Origin: Mobula hypostoma
Lineage: Eukaryota
Direction: 5' to 3'
DNA: 64,000 nucleotides
NCBI RefSeq assembly: GCF_963921235.1
Contig: NC_086097.1
Coordinates: forward strand, 82,834,001-82,898,000
Shown here: one piece after another, positions 60,501 to 64,000 of the stretch
Position numbering within the stretch: position 1 is the first letter of the stretch
Layout of the letters: every line of letters begins with the position of its first letter
Notes under the pieces: model-generated
Told to the model about the DNA's origin: nothing
Databases searched by the model: none
What the model saw: only the letters and a program-made list of their open reading frames with translations
Program-made: the position numbers and the translations under genes

Positions 60501-62958
60501 GAGGAAGGAGAAGCTCAAACATCTTGCAGTGATGGTAAAAATTGAAGGAAGAAATCATGGTTGACAGCATATGCCATTCATGAATTACATCAAGGGATGC
60601 ACAAGCAGAACAGGCTTGCCCACAGAAGGCAAAGAGTGGCTGTAGATGGGTCATATTCTGCATGGAGGTCGGTGACCAGTGGTGTGACTCAGGGATCTGT
60701 TCTGGGACCCCTACACTTCCTGATTTTAATAAATAAACTGGGTGAGGAAGTGCAGGGATGGGTTAGTAAGTTTGCTGATGATACAAAGGTTGGAGGTGTT
60801 GTGGATAGTGTGGAGGGTTATCAGAGGTTACAGTGGGACATTGATAGGATGCAAAACTGGGCTGAGAAGTGGCAGATGGAGTTCAACCCATATAAGTGCG
60901 AAGTGGTTCATTTTGGTAGGTCAAATATGATGGCAGAACACTGTATTAATGGTAAGACTCAAGGCAATGTGGAGGATCAGAGGGATCTTGGGGTCCAAGT
61001 CCATAGAACACTCAAAGCAGCTGTGCAAGTTGACTCTGTGGTTAAGAAGGCATATGGTGTATTAGCCTTTATTAATTGTGGAATTGAATTTAAGAACTGA
61101 GAGGTAATGTTGCAGCTATATTGGACCCTGGTCAGACCCCACTTGGAGTACTGTGCTCAGTTCTGGTCGTCTCACTACAGGAAGAGTGTGGAAACCATAG
61201 AAAGGGTGCAGAGGAGATTTACAAGGATGTTGCCTGGATTGGGGAGCATGCCTTATGAAAATAGGTTGAGTGAACTCGGCCTTTTCTCCTTGGAGCGACC
61301 GAGGATGAGAGGTGACCTGATAGAGGTGTATAAGATGATGATAGGCATTGGTCGTGTGGATAGTCAGAGGCTTTTTCCCAGGGCTGAAATGGCTGCCACA
61401 AGAGGACACAGATTTAAGGTGCTGGGGAGTAGGTACAGAGGAGATGTCAGGGGTAAGTTTTTACTCAGAGAGTGGTGAGTGCGTGGAATGGGCTGCCGGC
61501 AACGGTGGTGGAGGCAGATACAATAGGGTCTTTTAAGAGACTTTTGGATAGTCATAGTCATAGTCATAGTCATAGTCATACTTTATTGATCCCAGGGGGA
61601 AATTGGTTTTCGTTACAGTTGCACCATAAATAATATAGTAATAGAACCATAAATAGTTAAATAGTAATATGTAAATTATGCCAGTAAATTATGAAATAAG
61701 CCCAGGACCAGCCTATTGGCTCAGGGTGTCTGACCCTCCAAGGGAGGAGTTGTAAAGTTTGATGGCCACAGGCAGGAATGACTTCCTATGACGCTTTGTG
61801 CTGCATCTCGATGGAATGAGTCTCTGGCTGAATGTACTCCTGTGCCCACCCAGTACATTATGTAGTGGATGGGAGACATTGACCAAGATGGCATGCAACT
61901 TAGACAGCACCCTCTTTTCAGACACCACTGTGAGAGAGTCCAGTTCCATCCCCGCAACATCACCAGCCTTACGAACGGATCTTAGAAAAATAGAGGGCTA
62001 TGGGTACGCCTAGCAATTTCTAAGGTAGGGACATGTTCGGCACAACTTAGTCGGCTGAAGAGCCTGTATTGTGCTGTAGGTTTTCTATGTTACTATGCTT
62101 CAGAAGTTTTGAAGCGCTTATTAGAATTCTCAGATTAAAGTCAGATTGAAGATCATGGTCACCCAGATCATACAACGCAGCACATAATGATGATGATAAT
62201 GATTTTAAGAATAGGTTGGACAAACTTGGGTTGTTTTCTCTGGAGCAGCAGAGGCTGTGGGAAGATCTTCATAAGGTTGTGAGAGACAGAGTAGATATCT
62301 GTATCAAAGGGCTGAAACATCTAATATTGGAGGGCAAGCATTTAAGATGAGAGGAATAAGTTCAAAAGAAATGTGTGGGGCAAGATTTTTTTTAAACAGA
62401 GAGTTGGTAGTGGAGGCAGATGTGACAGAGATATTTTAAGAGGCTATTATATCAGCACATAAATGTGCTAAGAATGGAGGGATATGGAGCATGTGTAGAC
62501 AAAAGAAATTAGTTTCGTCAGCCATTTAATTACCAGTTTAATTAGTTTGGAACAACATAGTGGACAAACATTCTATTCCTGTTTTATGTTGCCCTGGGCC
62601 TGGGCTAGTATCAAATCCGTTGTAACCTGCTCCAGTGACGTACCTGCTATGCTCCTGAAACTCCGCGTTCATGAACAAATAAATTTTTCGAAAATTATCA
62701 TGCATGCTTCTATCCATATGTTAACTGATGATAAACCTTCGTTTTTTTTTTCCCTTTTTAGTACTAGAAGTATGTCAGTTTGCAAGGGATGCTTCAGTTG
62801 CTGAAGCATGGCTGATTTCTCAGGAGTCCTATCTCAGCAGCCGTGATATTGGCAACAGTGTGGATGCAGTTGAAAAGCTGATCAAGAGACATGAGGCATT
62901 TGAAAAATCAACAGCTACATGGGATGAGAGGTTTGGTGCACTGGAAAGACTCACCACT
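3441..62958 (+). CDS. sptb: Beta-spectrin, erythrocytic type (partial gene: 16 internal exons, 3565 nt spliced)
   Basis: Exons splice in phase with no stops and encode tandem spectrin repeats. Motifs such as [28 protein letters not shown] and [26 protein letters not shown] match my recollection of SPTB better than SPTBN1. Confidence 0.88.
4868..4905 (-). ncRNA. Minimal hammerhead ribozyme motif (copy 2)
   Basis: Identical to 92-129. Confidence 0.8.
6597..6634 (+). ncRNA. Minimal hammerhead ribozyme motif (copy 3, sense to the sptb pre-mRNA)
   Basis: Stem I TAGTC/GACTG, core CTGACGA 6602-6608, stem II AGG/CCT, GAAA 6622-6625, GTC with predicted cut after 6629. Confidence 0.8.
7570..8430 (-). 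mobile_element. Older CR1 3' fragment
   Basis: Degenerate LVRPHLEHC and KWQMEFN motifs; CR1 3' UTR. Confidence 0.8.
9155..9255 (+). mobile_element. Decayed PLE pLTR 3' fragment
   Basis: ccagatgaaggttcccaacccaaaatattgaatg...ctgagttcctcca resembles the hammerhead + 3' stem of the young PLE. Confidence 0.55.
9262..9640 (-). mobile_element. CR1 3' end fragment
   Basis: ataagatcataagata tail; reverse complement of the FFxQRVVNSWN coding region. Confidence 0.8.
9878..10205 (-). mobile_element. PLE pLTR (older subfamily) with decayed hammerhead at 9972-10009
   Basis: Reverse complement CAGTC-CTGAAGA-AAGGTGTCGGCCT-GAAA-CATT-GACTA followed by GATGCTGCCTG..CTGAGTTCCTCCAGCA..CCAGCATTTGCAG. Confidence 0.75.
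10790..11930 (-). mobile_element. Old CR1 3' fragment interrupted by a SINE
   Basis: ERVQRRFT and [10 protein letters not shown] remnants. Confidence 0.8.
11375..11705 (+). mobile_element. tRNA-derived SINE with V-domain-like core
   Basis: B-box-like GGTTCAATTC; core GCGTGGGTTTCCTC..TGCTCTGGTTCCCTCC; AATAAA..TCTTT tail. Confidence 0.7.
12170..12367 (+). mobile_element. Short tRNA-head SINE with (TTC)n tail, nested in an older minus-strand V-type SINE (~12060-12600)
   Basis: B box GTTCGAATCC 12222-12231; 3' hairpin GCCC..TAACTC/GAGTTA..GGGC; (TTC)n at 12348-12367. Confidence 0.7.
13301..14057 (+). CDS. sptb: sptb exon (757 nt): [31 protein letters not shown]...SILTNQ
   Basis: ctttacag|A TGG ... 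AAT CAG|gtact; open spectrin repeats. Confidence 0.94.
14298..14835 (-). mobile_element. Non-autonomous Tc1/mariner element
   Basis: TIRs CAGTGGCTACTTTTTAGGT / ACCTAATAAAGTGACCACTG; remnant transposase [31 protein letters not shown]. Confidence 0.82.
15623..15825 (+). CDS. sptb: sptb exon (203 nt): [10 protein letters not shown]...KSINER
   Basis: ccaatag|GAG ... GAA AG|gtaag. Confidence 0.93.
15935..16025 (+). CDS. sptb: sptb exon (91 nt): [10 protein letters not shown]...HFLQNCQE
   Basis: ccctag|G TAC ... CAA GAG|gtttg; not in the ORF track; follows a 109-nt intron. Confidence 0.92.
17828..18508 (-). mobile_element. GC-rich non-autonomous retroelement with a LINE-like 3' tail
   Basis: Inverted homolog of 23232-23902; interrupts the CR1 EN region at gagatt|gtagac. 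Confidence 0.7.
20120..20420 (-). mobile_element. SINE of the same family as 11375-11705
   Basis: Reverse complement matches the V-type core and the gtgacaaataaagcta tail. Confidence 0.65.
20430..21140 (-). mobile_element. Rex/Babar-type LINE 3' fragment
   Basis: [46 protein letters not shown]; (AATCAG)n tail. Confidence 0.8.
21286..22158. mobile_element. pogo/Tigger-like non-autonomous DNA transposon
   Basis: TIRs CAGTGGATTCCAGTTAATTGG / CCAATTAACTGGAATCAACTG with TA on both sides; splits the CR1 RT at ..Y|INDLDE. Confidence 0.82.
22478..22591 (+). mobile_element. 114-bp PLE 3'-end insertion with a 16-bp fold-back and 13-bp TSD
   Basis: TSD ATATGGTATGCTT at 22465-22477 and 22592-22604; body matches the PLE sequence downstream of the hammerhead. 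Confidence 0.85.
23232..23902 (+). mobile_element. GC-rich non-autonomous retroelement (second copy)
   Basis: Homologous end-to-end with 17828-18508; begins AGGAGAAGATGGTGGCGCG and ends AATGACAATAAA..CTCATGATCT. Confidence 0.7.
24400..24749 (+). mobile_element. Non-autonomous RTE-related element
   Basis: 3' part GAAGAAGGCAAACCACTTC..CATGATCGCC..(GAAT/GAAC) tail resembles the RTE 3' end at 37580-37625. Confidence 0.6.
24841..24987 (+). CDS. sptb: sptb exon (147 nt): [14 protein letters not shown]...WLDKIDK
   Basis: cccttccag|CTT ... AAG|gtgaag. Confidence 0.94.
26550..27720 (-). mobile_element. Internally deleted CR1
   Basis: TAGAACATAGAACAG tail joined directly to RT remnants (YMDFSKAF). 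Confidence 0.8.
27883..28045. mobile_element. Miniature PLE-derived inverted pLTR pair
   Basis: Minus arm (to tcaacatttcaggctggga, the 3' half of the hammerhead) followed by a plus arm with the terminal tail. Confidence 0.7.
28080..28343 (+). CDS. sptb: sptb exon (264 nt): [10 protein letters not shown]...VNILLKKLQ
   Basis: ttatcag|GAA ... CAG|gttat. Confidence 0.93.
28500..28870 (-). mobile_element. CR1 ORF1 5' fragment
   Basis: [26 protein letters not shown]. Confidence 0.65.
29678..29896 (+). CDS. sptb: sptb exon (219 nt): [10 protein letters not shown]...FYRDLEDES
   Basis: tgaacag|ATG ... TCT|gtaag. Confidence 0.9.
30005..30094 (+). CDS. sptb: sptb exon (90 nt): [30 protein letters not shown]
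   Basis: ctcttag|CTT ... AAG|gtagg; follows a 108-nt intron. Confidence 0.93.
30770..31320 (+). mobile_element. Highly decayed CR1 RT fragment
   Basis: atacatagattttaagaagg, gtgtttccaaggaccagtgttgg and gttcactttggc remnants. Confidence 0.55.
31566..33209 (-). mobile_element. Chapaev3-type (CMC) DNA transposon, internally deleted, containing a nested LINE
   Basis: 14-bp TIR CACTGGACAACAAA / TTTGTTGTCCAGTG; TAA TSD (31563-65, 33210-12); remnant [29 protein letters not shown]. Confidence 0.85.
32220..33082 (+). mobile_element. Rex/Babar-type LINE 3' part, young (open frame to 32892)
   Basis: [40 protein letters not shown]; (AATCT)n tail. Confidence 0.85.
33469..33747 (+). CDS. sptb: sptb exon (279 nt): [12 protein letters not shown]...MISDDKPK
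   Basis: ttccacag|ACT ... AAG|gtact. Confidence 0.94.
33930..36050 (+). mobile_element. Degenerate CR1 (EN fragment + RT-3' end) with nested insertions at 34190-34780 and ~35185-35376
   Basis: [25 protein letters not shown]; nested piece ends in (TATGAC)n. Confidence 0.75.
34190..34780 (-). mobile_element. Rex/Babar-type LINE 3' fragment
   Basis: [35 protein letters not shown]. Confidence 0.78.
36052..37625 (+). mobile_element. RTE-clade LINE, 5'-truncated
   Basis: [31 protein letters not shown]; (GAAT)n tail. Confidence 0.9.
37905..38245 (+). mobile_element. Decayed V-type SINE
   Basis: gtgggtgcctcaggttcctcctacactccaaagacgtg..ggttaattgg core. Confidence 0.55.
38370..38673 (+). mobile_element. 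CR1 3' end
   Basis: Ends gggcctgtaatgtgctgtagatttctatgttctatg. Confidence 0.75.
39240..39880 (+). mobile_element. Degenerate Rex/Babar-type LINE fragment
   Basis: [28 protein letters not shown]. Confidence 0.75.
40856..40986 (+). CDS. sptb: sptb exon (131 nt): [12 protein letters not shown]...AEDHPEG
   Basis: ttctccag|GAT ... GAG GG|gtaag; not in the ORF track. Confidence 0.93.
42290..44655 (+). mobile_element. Old degenerate PLE with inverted 5' pLTR (42290-42385), RT/GIY-YIG remnants, nested Rex/Babar fragment (~43965-44395) and 3' pLTR with decayed hammerhead (44544-44582)
   Basis: [49 protein letters not shown] remnants; CTGATGA..CCTGAAACATT. Confidence 0.7.
45012..45570 (-). mobile_element. 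Rex/Babar-type LINE 3' fragment (same family as 20430-21140)
   Basis: [20 protein letters not shown]; (AATCAG)n tail. Confidence 0.8.
45652..45856 (+). CDS. sptb: sptb exon (205 nt): [17 protein letters not shown]...GQDFDQVT
   Basis: cttacag|T GAA ... ACG|gtgag. Confidence 0.94.
46370..46744 (+). CDS. sptb: sptb exon (375 nt), ankyrin-binding repeats 14/15: [11 protein letters not shown]...HSLGIQ
   Basis: cttccag|ATG ... CAG|gtact; contains [21 protein letters not shown]. Confidence 0.94.
47564..47808 (+). CDS. sptb: sptb exon (245 nt): [20 protein letters not shown]...ETEEKPR
   Basis: ttaatag|GTT ... CCA CG|gtact. Confidence 0.94.
47850..47980 (+). mobile_element. CR1 3' UTR fragment
   Basis: ttggcacaacatc..ggcagaagagcttgtgctgtgc..gttcgatgtcta. 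Confidence 0.6.
48650..50850 (-). mobile_element. Degenerate CR1 ORF2 (EN to 3' end) with a short nested LINE tail at ~50335-50462
   Basis: [18 protein letters not shown] (EN), [28 protein letters not shown]. Confidence 0.85.
51180..51923 (+). mobile_element. Rex/Babar-type LINE 3' fragment
   Basis: [35 protein letters not shown]; (CAATT)n tail. Confidence 0.8.
52040..52290. mobile_element. V-type SINE fragments in fold-back arrangement with a (TTTA)n tail
   Basis: Minus-strand part up to GGAGGAAACCGG, then plus-strand GGTTTCCTGTGGGTGCCC. Confidence 0.55.
52710..52848 (+). CDS. sptb: sptb exon (139 nt): [15 protein letters not shown]...KHHASEE
   Basis: atgacag|T GAT ... GAG|gtgag. Confidence 0.92.
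53460..53998 (+). mobile_element. CR1 3' fragment
   Basis: [27 protein letters not shown]. Confidence 0.8.
54222..54302 (+). mobile_element. Short PLE pLTR 3' fragment
   Basis: aaacatcaactg..cctgacctgctgaattcctccagtattttgtgtgtgtt. Confidence 0.6.
54521..54605 (+). CDS. sptb: sptb exon (85 nt): [28 protein letters not shown]
   Basis: cattttag|ATT ... CTT T|gtaag; not in the ORF track. Confidence 0.93.
55480..58310 (+). mobile_element. Degenerate Rex/Babar-type LINE (~2 kb RT region + tail) interrupted by an RTE
   Basis: [38 protein letters not shown]. Confidence 0.8.
57551..58225 (-). mobile_element. RTE-clade LINE 3' fragment with (GAT)n tail and TSD
   Basis: [37 protein letters not shown] at 57543-57550 and 58226-58233. 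Confidence 0.88.
58435..60038 (+). mobile_element. RTE-clade LINE (distinct GC-rich family with C-terminal C2H2 finger), 5'-truncated, 13-bp TSD
   Basis: [58 protein letters not shown] at 58422-58434 and 60039-60051. Confidence 0.9.
60175..62205 (+). mobile_element. Old RTE fragment split by a CR1 (60610-62095) that itself holds a Rex/Babar-type piece (61549-61975, minus strand)
   Basis: [16 protein letters not shown] at 60205-60396; RTE-type tail ataatgatgatgataatga at ~62185-62205; (GTCATA)n tail at 61549-61580. Confidence 0.7.
60610..62095 (+). mobile_element. CR1 RT-3' end
   Basis: [26 protein letters not shown]; tail tttctatgttactatg. Confidence 0.88.
62762..62958 (+). CDS. sptb: sptb exon (197 nt), repeat 17 / tetramerisation region: [17 protein letters not shown]...LERLTT
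   Basis: cctttttag|TA CTA ... ACT|gtaag. Confidence 0.94.
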
Positions 62959-63359
62959 GTAAGTAAAAACTAGGAGGTGCATTCAGCTTCACCCAAATGC
63001 TTTTATCTACCTTGGACAGTCTAGTAATAGTTCCCTGACAGTTCATTTTGATGCATGAGTAGTGCTTATGAAAGTGGCATCTTTCAGTGATGAAAGCATT
63101 GCTGTCTTTTGTTTAGACTAAAGTGCTGCAATCTACCTTTTTTAAATATCTGATTCCATCCATGTTTGGGCTTTAAACAGCAGACACAAATAATTTCATT
63201 TTGCCCCTTTAGAACACTTGCTGACTTTGATTAATCACTTCATACAAAATACTCGGAGCTGTTCAGAAGTGCACTTAAAAAAACAACATGCACTTCTGGA
63301 CTGCATTTAGATTTTGGAGTTTGAAGAAGGAATATACTAACTTTGTCATTTATTGACTG

Positions 63360-64000
63360 TAAAACCATAAGGTATAGGAGCAGAATTAGGTCTTTTGGCC
63401 CATCGAGTCTGCTCTTCCGTTTCATCATGGCTGAACCGATTTTCCTCTCAGCCCCAATCTCCTGCCTTCTCCATGTATCCCTTCATGCCCTGACCAATCA
63501 AGAATCTATCAACCTCTGCCTTAAATATAGATAAAGACTTGGCCTCCACAGCTGCCTGTGGCAAAGTATTTCACAGATTCACCACTCTCTGGCTAAAGAA
63601 ATTTCTCCCATCTGTGTTTCAAAAAGGATGCCCCTCTATTCTAGGGCTGTGTCTTCTGTTCTGAGACTGTCCCATCATAGGAAACATCCTCTCCACATCC
63701 ACTAGACACTAGACTCTAGAATACTACAGCACAGTACAGGCCCTTCGGCCCTCGATGTTGTGCCAACCCATATATTCCTTAAAAACTACGTACTAAACCC
63801 ACACTACCCCGTAACCCTCTATTTTTCTTTCATCCACGTGCCTGTCCAAGGGCTGTTAAATACCCCTAATGTTTTAGCCTCCACTCTATCAGGACCTTTC
63901 ACCATTCAACAGGTTTCTATGAGGTCACCCCTCATTCTTCTGAATTCATGAATACAGGCCCTAAGCCATCAAATGCTCTTCACATGACAAGCCATTCAAT
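63360..64000 (-). mobile_element. CR1 3' end with a second CR1-type 3' fragment nested at ~63704-63880
   Basis: accataaggtataggagcagaattagg tail; nested piece with a ctagacac-type tail, bounded by tccact on both sides. Confidence 0.75.

Noticed and set aside
61549..61580. Short tandem arrays (GTCATA)n, (TTC)n, (TTTCTATG)n, (ATC)n as CRISPR-like or functional repeats
   Set aside because: No spacers; each marks the 3' tail of a LINE or SINE.
46..63951. Most ORF-track entries (e.g. 46..384, 4109..4801, 18007..18549, 23347..23766, 50436..50903)
   Set aside because: Antisense or alternate-frame shadows of LINE/PLE sequence or GC-rich repeats, often with non-ATG starts; no independent protein motifs.

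Overview
Eukaryotic (vertebrate) genomic DNA; the repeat families suggest a cartilaginous fish such as a ray (inference). The window lies inside one + strand gene, erythroid-type beta-spectrin (sptb-like). Sixteen internal coding exons (3441..62958) all have canonical AG/GT ends and splice into one open frame of 3565 nt (~1188 codons). They run from the middle spectrin repeats through the ankyrin-binding repeats 14-15 into the repeat-17 tetramerisation region; both gene ends lie outside the window. The introns are packed with nested transposons: CR1, Rex/Babar-type and RTE LINEs, Neptune-type Penelope-like elements (PLEs), tRNA-derived SINEs, and Tc1, pogo/Tigger-like and Chapaev3 DNA elements. 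The most notable non-coding signal is a minimal type-I hammerhead ribozyme (CUGACGA...GAAAC-GUC) in the PLE terminal repeats, with three intact and several decayed copies. It comes with a set of tiny hairpin-shaped PLE insertions, one of which folds back exactly at the predicted ribozyme cleavage site. Most entries in the supplied ORF track are antisense or alternate-frame shadows of these repeats.
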